DNA of 63,973 nt, counting the filler, from Trypethelium eluteriae (taxonomy: Eukaryota), in NCBI GenBank assembly GCA_051942245.1. It is 3 parts of 3 records of this genome, joined end to end, with 100 filler letters (N's around TTAATTAATTAA, not from the genome) between each part and the next. Parts side by side here need not be neighbours in the genome. Positions count along the whole stretch, not along the records: positions 21,911 to 43,703 come from JAVECL010000461.1; 2 more parts are not named here. The stretch is one strand, 5' to 3'. The stretch's first letter is position 1, and every line of letters begins with the position of its first letter. The notes beneath the pieces were generated by a model. It did no database searches and was not told the origin of the DNA. It saw only the letters and a list, made by a program, of their open reading frames with translations. The position numbers were made by a program, and so were the translations under genes. Below are positions 21,913 through 32,125 of this stretch, in pieces.

Positions 21913-23280
21913 TCCTCCTCCTCCTCCTCCGCCACCACCGAGTACCCCCCTGAACTCGACTCCCGTATCCCCTTCTTCCACTACACACACCCATCCCACC
22001 CCTTCCGGCCCCTCACGAACCCCATCCACCCGATCTTCGCGCGCCAGAACTTCCCCGGCTGGGACTACACCCTCGTAAGCCCCGTCCTGCGCCTGGCGTC
22101 ACGCCTCCTGACCAGCCGACCTTTGCTCCCCTTCTGGCACGCGATCTTCTACGGCAACGAAGTCCCGCTGCCCGCGCTCTCCCACGAACTCGGCGGCGAC
22201 ATCGGCATGTACGGCCGCCGCTGGATGGTGCTGTCGTGGCGTAACGAGCGGCAGACGTGGGAGGCGCTAGACGGGCTGGCGGAGATCGTGCGCTTCTTCC
22301 CAAGGTTTCCGAGGACGCCCCGGCGGTCGACGAAAGCGGGGGAGGGGCAAGGAGAGAGTGGAGGGAAGGGCGAGGCTGGTGGTGGTGGTGGTGATGGTGG
22401 TGGTGGTGATGGTGGTGGAGAGGCCTTCGACGACTGTCGCGGGCTTTGTAACCCCCATTGGGTCGACGAGGGCACGTTGTGGAAGATGCGAGGGCATGAT
22501 TTCAATGGGCTGGGAAGCTTCATCCATATGCATCCGAGCATGGTCGTGGATCTACGGGATTGTCGGACGAAGATCCCGGGGTTGTGGCGACAGGAGGAGG
22601 GAGACGGATGGGAGGCGGAGGAAGATGACGATTGGCAGTACTATATCGAAGAAGAGCTCGCTGTCCCGTCCGTGCAGGCTACACTCTTCCACTGGGCTAG
22701 GATTTTGGTCCATGAGGTTGCGCATGCCGCACAAGCTGTCGTACTCTATCCTGGCTCTCCGTACGAGTACTTCTTCGAAGATAACGTTGCAGCTGAGACG
22801 GGCCATGATTGGGAGTCGTGGGCATTTGGTGGAATCCCTAACCTCGAATACGACATGATGCGGCTCGCTGACGGCCAGATCAGACCTGTGCGTTATCTGT
22901 CTCTCGGCCGGTGGCCGCAACTTAGGCACAAGCATGCTTCCCTGCAAATTATCCCGTGTCGAGCGAAAGACGTTCCAGATTCCTCGCGAGATGGCTACGA
23001 ATTCGCGTGGTGGATCAGTCAGAAATTCGTCGAGAGGCTTTTCACAGATAGTTTTTGGGACCAAGAGATGCTGATGAGAGGGAGGCAGGCACTACGACCG
23101 AAACAAGAAGTAGGCATGACATTTGGTTCAACGCATTGGAACCTTGATAGAGAAGGAGTGCCTCAGGAATTTGATGATTGCCTGGTCGATCGTCTGGGAC
23201 AAATCACAAGGTGCCCTCGCGGTGTAGAGCCAGAGGGACTTGGAAGACTGCTGAGAATGCCAATCCTAGATGACTTATAA
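21913..23280 (+). CDS. Uncharacterised protein with HExxH zincin-like motif (5' partial)
   Basis: Frame is open from the gap: LTNPIHPIFARQNF..VLRLASRLL..; ILVHEVAHA followed by EYFFED..AETGHDWESWAFGG. Confidence 0.7.
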   Translation, partial: SSSSSSATTEYPPELDSRIPFFHYTHPSHPFRPLTNPIHPIFARQNFPGWDYTLVSPVLRLASRLLTSRPLLPFWHAIFYGNEVPLPALSHELGGDIGMYGRRWMVLSWRNERQTWEALDGLAEIVRFFPRFPRTPRRSTKAGEGQGESGGKGEAGGGGGDGGGGDGGGEAFDDCRGLCNPHWVDEGTLWKMRGHDFNGLGSFIHMHPSMVVDLRDCRTKIPGLWRQEEGDGWEAEEDDDWQYYIEEELAVPSVQATLFHWARILVHEVAHAAQAVVLYPGSPYEYFFEDNVAAETGHDWESWAFGGIPNLEYDMMRLADGQIRPVRYLSLGRWPQLRHKHASLQIIPCRAKDVPDSSRDGYEFAWWISQKFVERLFTDSFWDQEMLMRGRQALRPKQEVGMTFGSTHWNLDREGVPQEFDDCLVDRLGQITRCPRGVEPEGLGRLLRMPILDDL

Positions 23281-23629
23281 CATTGTCGGGTTTAAGAAAG
23301 ACAGAAGTATGAAAAAGTGCATGCATGAGTCCAAAAATACGCTTGAAATGTCCTCGCATTCACCGATCTTCAAATTGACGACTGGATATATGACAAATCT
23401 TTGAAAAAAGAAGTGGAATGTTAAACCACAAGCTGCCAAGGGCAGAACTCGTCTTCATGCCGTGTAGCTGATTCAATGAACCGATGAGCATAACCTAGAT
23501 CTTTAGTCAACAATGATTGATACAAATTAACCGCCAAAAAGTCTACGTTATCCACCTAACGGCGAATCAGGCGCATCCAAGGACGTGACAGTGCCTCTGT
23601 AGCATTCAACTTGAGATCTGAAGATTGGA

Positions 23630-24197
23630 CTACTTGTTTCCGCCACCAAACCAGCTACTCAGCCCACTCTTTGCCTTTGCTGCCTTGTCCTCGACAGTCT
23701 TATCAAATGAATTGACCGCAGAGCTTGCAGAGTCCTTTGTCTCCTTACTGTATTGATCAATCTTCTTTTCCGCATCCTTACGGTATGTCTGAAGTTTGGA
23801 GTCCACTTTGTTGTATTCTTGCTTGGCGGAATCGATCTGGATGGGAGAGTTAGCTGAATATCGCACAGTAGCGCACCCGACACTTCAACAGTGGGCAATG
23901 GGTGGAATTACAGTCTGATCGAACTTCGCGCCAGCCTCGGCGCCGAGGACCTTGCCTTCTGTCTTGGCTTCCTTCTCCTTGCCAGGCAGCTCTCCCTTGA
24001 TTGCAGATGAGACTCGAGCAGCATCGTCTAGACTAGGTAAGCTATCATTCGATATTTCAATTCACAGAGAACGCACGCTCTGCTTTATTTTGAGCAACTT
24101 TTGGGTCTCCTCCGGCCTGGTAGAAGTAATAGCCAACTCCTCCTGCGGCCGCAAGACCGCCGTACAAAAACAGGTTGCTACCACCGCGGCTTGCCAT
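23630..24197 (-). CDS. Small conserved fungal protein: N-terminal hydrophobic segment plus LEA-like Lys/Ala/Glu helical region
   Basis: Three exons give MASRGGSNLFLYGGLAAAGGVGYYFYQAGGDPKVA..HDAARVS..FDKTVEDKAAKAKSGLSSWFGGGNK; two GT-AG introns keep frame. Confidence 0.8.
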
Positions 24198-24384
24198 CTT
24201 GAGGGATGGTATTAGCTAGAGGGATGGGGTACAGCTGTATGTAGCTTCGTATATGGCGAATCGGGGGAGAGAAGAGCTTGGAATGGGAGATGGAGGTAGT
24301 TGGCAGGAGGAATTGCGAAGCTGCGGTAGGGTGACGTAGATTCCCTGCTAGAAGTTTTCCCCACCACCTGCACACCTTTCCGCC

Positions 24385-24610
24385 TTTTTAAAAGATGAAT
24401 ATCTCCACAACTAATTAGGATAACTATTAGAAATTTTAGGTGGATATAAAGGGCTTTATTCGTTAAAATTCAGATAAGATTTTATTTTATTATTTTAAAT
24501 TAACCCTCCTTACATTTATTAAAAAAAAACATTATACTTTTGATAAACCTTTCTTAAATGGTTTATTAAGCCGTAGTGCTTTAACGTATACGATTACATC
24601 TTAGACCTGT
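24385..24610. other. AT-rich, TpA-rich tract (probable RIP-decayed repeat) at the left border of the cluster
   Basis: Abrupt drop in GC with runs such as TTTTATTTTATTATTTTAAATTAA, between GC-balanced genes. Confidence 0.5.
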
Positions 24611-24767
24611 AGACTTGCCTCACTACATGTACTTTTAGCGCTTATGGCTTTTAGCAAGGATATATACGAGTAGGATGAAAATCATCGAAAAGCCCCTCCT
24701 CGTATGTTTTCGGGGACGCCAACTCTTCGTTTGAAGCTCGATCATCCTCGCTTCAGCAACAGCAATC

Positions 24768-26555
24768 ATGCTGGATCAACTTCACGCATACCCGGTGCAG
24801 CACCAGACACTGAGTGCCATCCTCGTGAGCGCGCTGGTGCTGGTGGTCGCGTACTTCCTCGCACTGCCCCGCGAACACGCCCCCCCGATACTTGTTGATG
24901 TGCCGCTCGTCGACATCTCCCAAGTCAAGAAAGGGCAGGTCGAGCTCGGTGGTTTGCAAGATGCGCTTGCGATCAACTGCGAGAAGGTCGAAAGCTGGCA
25001 CACGTATCGATTGAGATGATGATCAGTCCTTGGCTGACCATCTTCTACAGTACCGCGGCCAGCTCTGGCAGCTGAAGACGCGGCACGGCACGATCGTGGT
25101 CCTGCCTGAACGCTTCATCAGCGAGCTATGCTACCTCCCGGAGGAGTTCGTCTCCCTTGAGGCAAAGAACACGGATGTAAGGGCAGAGCGCGCTATCTAT
25201 GGAACCAAGATTGGGCTGCCATGGGATTGCAGAGCCGAACTGACGCACCCGCTAGCGATTCTTTACACAATACACGCGCTTGACCCCAACATCTATTGGG
25301 CACGACCCTGCTCACCTGCTCCACTGCGTCAAGCACGACCTGACGCGAAATATCGGCAGCCTGATGAAGGAGATCTCTGAGGAGACCGAGTACGCCTTCA
25401 ACAACAGCCTTGGCGAATGCGATGGTAAGTTAAACGTGCACTTACAGGCAGATAGAGTGCCGTATACGCAAAACTCGAGAGAGATTCCGTTCGCTGACCA
25501 ACATCGCCACCACCACTCCAGACTGGAGGGAGATTGCTCTCGGCAATGTCCTCACGCGCGCTGTCGCTCTCGTCTCTGGCCGCGTCTTCGCCGGCCCCGA
25601 ACTCAACCGCAACCCTGACTACCTCCAGTCCATCATTGACTTCACTTTCGTCGCCTTCAAGGCGATCGAGGCCATCTCACGCTACCCGGCCTGGCTGCGT
25701 CCGCTGGCCCAGTACTGGGTGGAGGAAGTGCGAGGCATTAAGCGCTCGCTGGACCAGATGGAGAAGATCCTGGCAAGCATCGTGCCCGAGCGGCTGCGAC
25801 TCATCGCCGAGGGCAAGGCGCCTAGCAATTTGACGACATGGCACATTAACAGCGTGCCTGCGGAGAAGAAGAACGACCTGACAGTCCACGCGCACACGCA
25901 GCTGGTGGTGTCGACGGCGGCTATACACAACACCACTATGCTGACTACGCACATTATCTTCGACCTGCTGGCGCGGCCGGAGTACCTTGGTCCTATCCGC
26001 GACGAAATAACGGAGGTGTTATCGCACGAGAATGAGAGCTACTTGACCAAGTCCAGCATGCCTAAGCTACGTAAGCTAGACAGCTTCATGAAGGAGGCGC
26101 AGCGCATCCACCCGCTGGGCCTACTGACGTTCGAGCGTAAGGTCATGCAGGATATCACTCTGCACGATGGCACGGTGCTACCTAAGGGCTGCTACTTCGC
26201 TGTTCCTGCATACTTCATGGCCATGGACCCGGAGCGCTGGGGCAACCCAGGAGAGTTCGACGGCAACCGCTTCCTCAAGCTGCGCGGCGACAACAGCGTT
26301 GGCGGCAAGTATACCTTCATCGAGACCGGCATTGGCCAGCATGACCTGATCGCCTTCGGGCATGGTCCCCACGCATGCCCGGGCCGCTTCTTCCTCAACA
26401 ACGAGATAAAGGTTATCTTGTCGTATCTGCTGCTGAACTACGAAATGAAGCTGCTCGATGGCGAGGGCCGCCCCGCGAACCTAGTATCTGCCGACGGTAT
26501 AGGACCAGCTTATAGCAAGAAGATCCTAATACGCCGCCGAAAGTATACAGCCTAA
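24768..26555 (+). CDS. Cytochrome P450 #1 (ent-kaurene oxidase-like terpenoid P450 group)
   Basis: Exons 24768-24986, 25051-25176, 25256-25424, 25522-26555 splice in frame. N-terminal TM; AAIHNTT, LDSFMKEAQR, FDGNRF, FGHGPHACPGRFF. Confidence 0.93.
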
Positions 26556-27035
26556 CAGCTCTAGGGGAAAAAAAAGCTACGTATCTCGAGGCCTAGGCAT
26601 ACGAGGTAGGCGAGGAAGTTATCTACCATATCCGTGAACGAGGTTGCTTAGATCGATGATGCGTGGCAAGCATGTATGCCATAGATATATGTTGGTCCAT
26701 CTTCTCGACCAGACTGGCCTTTCATCGGTCCCCGATGTCCAAAAGCATAATTAGCTAGCAATATATTAGGAATACAGCTAGAAGTGACACTTCGGCGCAA
26801 ATTGTACACGCGTACCATGGTCTACCAGGGCCTGACCTACTTCACTTCCTCTTCACTGGTGCTTTCACAAAGTCGGTGTGTCAATTCCCGCTTCCTTTCT
26901 CCGCAGCGCGAACTACCTAGCTCGCCTCCATTCGTGATAAATAACGCTTGAAGGACTAATTCAAGTACAACATGCACAGTGAACAGCTGTCGCCATCAAT
27001 ACCAGGGGCTCTTTTCGAAACCTTTGTGGTTGGAC

Positions 27036-27806
27036 CTAACCAGCAATTACATCACGGTGACCAATGACCATAAACATCTTCCCTTCGCTTGGTGACCACG
27101 GCGGACTTTCTGTCCTTAGGCGGAAGCCTTTAGATCTCAACAGACTTTCTAAAGCATCCAGTCGTCCCTCGCGTAGATCGCAGACCTCCACTACCACGTT
27201 GGAAACCAGAGCCCAGTGGACTTCCTCAAGACCACGTAGAGTCTCCAGCTCGACACCCTCGACGTCGACCTTGAGCAGATCGATGTTCTTAAGATCTTTG
27301 CGCCCATTAAGAAAGTGTGACAAAGGACGAACGCGTACAGGTATCTCCTGTAAGGTAGAGTACATCCTCTCTGCTGAGTCGGCCCAGTCGTGGCTCAGTT
27401 CGCGGAAGACCTCTCTCACTATCTCTTTCTCCTCAGGTACGAGCGTCGAATTTCCTGGAACAGTCGGATAGAAGGTGAATTTCTGAGTGGTGTCTTCCGC
27501 CCCCAATGCACACTCGTGCAATTCGACACCTTTGAGTTTGTGGAGCTTGACATTTTCGCTCAGCATCTCGAAGGTCTCTGGGGCTGGCTCGAATGCTAGA
27601 ATCGTCGAGGAGGGATATTTCCTCTTCATGTAGAGAGTAAACATGCCGACATTCGCGCCCGCGTCAATGATGAAGGCATTTTCGGGAATTTTAGCAACAT
27701 CGTAGGCATGGTCCTGGAATATCTCCCGGTAAAAGAAATGAGTTTCCTCGACGCCTCCGGCGTAAGCTGAGAAGCCGGGTGCAAACTCTACTAACTGCTT
27801 CCCCAT
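27036..27806 (-). CDS. FkbM-family SAM-dependent methyltransferase (intronless)
   Basis: FFYREIF, IIDAGANVGMF, ILAFEPAP, IDLLKVDVEGVE, VVVEV. Confidence 0.9.
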   Translation of the reverse strand: MGKQLVEFAPGFSAYAGGVEETHFFYREIFQDHAYDVAKIPENAFIIDAGANVGMFTLYMKRKYPSSTILAFEPAPETFEMLSENVKLHKLKGVELHECALGAEDTTQKFTFYPTVPGNSTLVPEEKEIVREVFRELSHDWADSAERMYSTLQEIPVRVRPLSHFLNGRKDLKNIDLLKVDVEGVELETLRGLEEVHWALVSNVVVEVCDLREGRLDALESLLRSKGFRLRTESPPWSPSEGKMFMVIGHRDVIAG

Positions 27807-28271
27807 TGTTACACTTGAAAACAGGCACAAGTCAATTGATGAAGTTGTGGCGTAGATCTATAATGGTGTGCCCATTTCAGAAGGGCGTAGGGTGTAGCCG
27901 GATTTCGACGGCGGATCTGGGTCTTACAGTAACGAGCTAACGGACACTACTCCACGCCTAAACGAGCGGGATTTGTCCGGCCACATTAGTTTGCTTAGCG
28001 GATGCAAGGTAGAGTACTCCGTCCGGTAGAGTACATGAAGGCGCGCAAGGGTATGCAGAACGAAAGCCAGCTAAGGGATTCAACTCCGCATATGTAGGTG
28101 AGATGCTAGGATAAGCGTCTGAGAAAGAGGTAGGTTGGGTCTGGGTGCGTTTGAACCCTGACCTTCTCAATCGTGCACCAAGTCCTCTCGATACCTCTGC
28201 AAACACGTTGTTTCACCTGTCGTGATCTATTCTACTACATCTTCTGAAATATCAGGACGCCCCGATAGAGT

Positions 28272-29177
28272 ATGGCCGCCAGCGCCGAAAAATTCGACCG
28301 CTCTACCTTTCAGTCCGAGCTCTCCACGCTCTGCCACTCGCTCGACGCGCCGTACTCAAGTAAGGTGACAGAGCAGATTCTAGAAGCTTTCGACGAGTAC
28401 CTTGATGATTCATATGTCTGGCTACGCTGCACGAGCAAACCTGCGGATGTGGTCAATTTTCGCCTCGCTTTCCATGGCAAACGGGTCGATACTACAGCAA
28501 TCTTAGCCAGTGCCGGTTGGATTGGTATCGACGACGAACTCGCGAAGATGGTTAGGTCATGGAGTTCACAGGAGGACACAGAGCAATGGTGCGACTTTGA
28601 CCCTAGCCGAGGAATAGCAAAGAGCTGGATCTACTTCCGTCGCCTGCAACCCATCCAGGAGATCCTGTGTACGCATGGCTTGCCAGCCTCCGTGGCTTCC
28701 CGACTTCCCGACCTCCAGGCTGCGGGTCTCGAACACGTGAACTATGCGGCGGTTGACTACGCTAATCGAAGTATGAACGTCTACTTCTTGCTTCCAGGAG
28801 GCTTGACTGCCGAACGAGCTGCGAGATACGTCGCTTTGGCCGGATCAACGCCTCTATCTGAAGCAGATGTTCAAATCATTAGCGATAATACGCACCCGAT
28901 GCAAACCTTTGGCGTCACAATCGTTCCTGAAACGGGCCATATTCCCCGAGTAGCGTTCTACGCGCCTGTCAAGAATGCCGAAAACTTTCCTTCGCTCAAA
29001 AATGAGCGTCTGAGGAAGTTTTTCTCCGAGCACCCTTCGCATGACCCTCAGAAGCTACACATCCTTTCTTGGTCATATGGTGCTGGCGACTCGAAGACGT
29101 ATATGAAAGGGGAGGCGAGCTATGCTGGGTACTCAGAAGAACTCTCGAGAGATATGTTCCTTCGCTGGATAGAGTAG
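28272..29177 (+). CDS. Soluble aromatic prenyltransferase, ABBA fold, CloQ/NphB type (intronless)
   Basis: 301 aa with the pattern DAPYS..ILEAF, VNFR, CDFDPSRGIAKSWIYF, AVDYANRSMNVYF, RVAFY, SWSYG, YMKGEASY; shorter than DMATS-type enzymes. Confidence 0.82.
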   Translation: MAASAEKFDRSTFQSELSTLCHSLDAPYSSKVTEQILEAFDEYLDDSYVWLRCTSKPADVVNFRLAFHGKRVDTTAILASAGWIGIDDELAKMVRSWSSQEDTEQWCDFDPSRGIAKSWIYFRRLQPIQEILCTHGLPASVASRLPDLQAAGLEHVNYAAVDYANRSMNVYFLLPGGLTAERAARYVALAGSTPLSEADVQIISDNTHPMQTFGVTIVPETGHIPRVAFYAPVKNAENFPSLKNERLRKFFSEHPSHDPQKLHILSWSYGAGDSKTYMKGEASYAGYSEELSRDMFLRWIE

Positions 29178-29607
29178 AGATACGAAGAAGATGGATACAG
29201 ATTAATGAGGTAGATAGATGATTGATTCTTTATCTCAAGGGCGAAGCATGCGGACACCCCTAGCAGGGGGCGGAGTCACCTCGCAAAAGCCGCCGGTCGA
29301 CAAGTCCTTCTCACTTTGCATGACAGCGTAGATTCCGGTCATCCGATGCATCGGACTGGATAAATCAACTTCATTTTGGCTTTCCTTTGGTAGCCGTACT
29401 GACCAGCTTGACTGATCAAAACTGGCCATGATCAACAGCATCAAGGAGCTAGACCATTAATAGCACTGCGTCTAAGGCTGGGGCAAAGACTCTGTCACGG
29501 TCCCTAACTCCTTCGAGTCATTTTCAACTTTGCGGCCGCTTATGTCGATGAGCTTATATATTTTATTAGATAGATAGGCGTACGTGAAGAGCGATAGACA
29601 ATATGAT

Positions 29608-29683
29608 GTGCGCTTAAAACAGGGCTCGGATTCGGATTTGGTATAAGGGTGCGCTTCAAATAGGGCTTAGACTTAGATTTAGT
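29608..29683. repeat. Diverged tandem duplication, 41-nt period
   Basis: GTGCGCTTAAAACAGGGCTCGGATTCGGATTTGGT versus GTGCGCTTCAAATAGGGCTTAGACTTAGATTTAGT. Confidence 0.6.
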
Positions 29684-29775
29684 CGATGTTAATTCCTCGA
29701 AAGTATCCCTTTATATTAATTAGTATGTAGTGACCACCTGCTTTCAAAGCTTATACTATTCGTAATCCAAGAACG

Positions 29776-31041
29776 TTAGACTTCTAGTAAACCTTTCCTA
29801 TATGTTTTATCAGGTCGTGGTGCTTTAACGTATGCGATTGCATCCCTTGTTTGCCTGAAGTTCTCGCACCCATAGCGGAATAGCTCGGCGAATGTTCCCT
29901 TCTTACAGTCATTGCCGTCTTGATCCTCATCCCAAAGCTCTCCCAACTCCTGGTCATGGGTTAAAGCCTTTCCACGAAAGACCTTTTGCATACTCGATCG
30001 GGACAGCAGACGCCAAACTAATCGCTCAGCATGTCCATAGTTTTCGCCTGTTGTGTTACCATCAACCGGCAGTGCGAAGAGATCAAACATCCGCTGGCCG
30101 CAACCTTTGAATCCTAGCGTTGTCTCAGCCCCCCAGGTCTCTTCCAAACCGTCCCAGAGGAGCACCTTGCTCGCCCAGTAGTCGACAGCACTAAAGCCAT
30201 CACCCGCATCTTCGAGGAGGCAGAGGCGGTTCCAACACATGACCTGGGTGACGTATTCGTCCACGATTGCAGCATCTTGGCTAATACCCCACTGGAATTT
30301 CTGTGCTCGCTCGAGGTCCAATGGCTGCTCAGCGACAATCTTCATCAAAGGGCTTTTCATGAGGCCAGCGGAGTTGGTGTGGCCTTCCCACAGATGGCAG
30401 AAAAGTTTGTGCCTGATTAAAGTCATCGTCAGTGGAGACTTCCTTGATGCTGATTTACGGGAGAGCAATTACCATCGATGGATGAATGGGTTTGCCTTCC
30501 TGGCAGCTACAAAGTGATTGCCAATATGAGTGCCATACACCCATGGAGCCGCGATCTCGTAGGGAGTGCTTGGGTCCTCCAGCTTCGCCCAACAAATGCG
30601 ATCGATACTTCGAATTAACGGGATGCCCACGTCTAGGAAGATGCCCCCATGTGCATACAAGCAAGCCCCACGGAGCATATCGGCACTGTGGGGCCCTACG
30701 TAAGGGCCATCCATCGTTCCGCATACGAATGACTCTGGTAAAACCGCCTCAGGAACATATTTCAGAAAGTAGTTGTTCGAGTCTGTAGTGCTGTCCAGTA
30801 CGCGAACAGTCCAACCATCGTAGACGTGCATGCGGACCCAGGCACAGATATTTCTCTGACACCATGGTGGCATAGAACGTATCCCCGAATGCCAGAAGGC
30901 CCAGATGTTCTTTTCCGATGTCACCGAGCGGAAGGTACTGAGGCTCTCGAGGATTTGTTCATCGCTTCGTTCATCTCGAGCCTCGACAAACGAAAGTTGG
31001 TCCCGGTATGCGGCAGGGATCTCAAATTTCTGAGGCGACAT
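29776..31041 (-). CDS. Glycosyltransferase, capsule-polysaccharide-synthesis (Caps_synth)/AfumC-like family
   Basis: SEKNIWAFWHSG, WTVRVLD, GPHSADMLRGACLYAHGGIFLDVG, NHFVAARKANPFIHRW|HKLF; 60-nt intron 30472-30413. Confidence 0.85.
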
Positions 31042-31400
31042 GAGAGTCAACGATTCAGCCAGCGGAAGAGATCTCGGACCGGCAATGCAACGTGAGCTGA
31101 GTCGAGAGCATTGGCCGCTTATGCAGGAATGTTCGCAAGCTCTTGTACTAAGAAGAAAAAAAAAAAATATGCAGGAGAGTCTACCTATTCCTGATGATCC
31201 TTCGGGTTACCCCTCCAAATGGCTCGTCATCTGCTGCAAGCAACGACTCAGCTCAAGACCCACAGTGCAGAAGACTCCTGCTCTTGTCCTCCGCTGCAGT
31301 CAGCATCCTAGCATCGACTGGAACAGCGCAGGAGGCTGCTTGTGCACCAAGTATTCGTGCCTTACTCCCATCTACGTCTACCATTTGTTAAGACTCATGC

Positions 31401-32071
31401 GCTTGCTCATCGAGCCAAACCACCCAAAAAGGTATCAATGCCTAGAACTGGCATTGGCAAGCGTAACTTAATATATAAAGTCTTTGACAGTGTGAGAGCA
31501 CGAAGTGCACGAGCAGAGAGCGAAGTAGAGAGAAGGATGGTTGGTGTAGCTAGCTAGTGCGGGATGAGCTATGTACGTGCACGGAGTGCCTGCCACCTGC
31601 ATGCTTAGCTCCTGCTCTCAACAATATCCCCTTTCTAAGGGTGCTCGCCCTCGAGCACAAACTTGAGACCTTATCATACTAAGCTACTAAGCTACCTCCC
31701 AGCAGCGTATAAACTACCCCGCCTAGCCCGCATAGCGGAGTTATCTTCTACCATTCAGGTAGTGCTTAGCTGAACCTAGGCATGCGATAGGGCTTCTCAC
31801 CCGAGGTTTGACCGAAACCCCGCAGACTCTTGAGACCTAGCTAATATCGGGCCTAGGGGAGTTTTAGGTATCCCTCGCACTGGTGTTGAGGGCTGCCGCG
31901 CAAGAACCACTTTTCTATGGGCGACGGCACGCGATTTGAAGCCCGTGCGCGGCAGCCCCACCAGTGCGAGGGAGGTACCTACTGCTTGCTCATCGAGCCA
32001 AACAACCCAAAAAGGTATCAACGCCTAAAACTGGCATTGGCAAGCGTAACTCAATATATAAGTCTTTGACA
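31401..32071 (+). repeat. About 88-nt direct repeat containing TATATAA (31401-31489 and 31984-32071), flanking a retroelement fragment
   Basis: GCTTGCTCATCGAGCCAAAC.ACCCAAAAAGGTATCAA.GCCTA.AACTGGCATTGGCAAGCGTAACT.AATATATAA(A)GTCTTTGACA occurs twice. Confidence 0.9.
31491..31640 (-). mobile_element. Short LTR (31491-31623) with adjacent polypurine tract: 3' end of an LTR retrotransposon
   Basis: Minus strand reads AGAAAGGGGATAT then TGTTGAGAGCA...TGCTCTCACA, i.e. a PPT followed by a TG...CA LTR with short terminal inverted repeats. Confidence 0.7.
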
Positions 32072-32125
32072 CCATTGCTTTTGCATTCTCGGATTGTAGA
32101 TTTGTTGTGGTCTCAGGCGGTCGAC

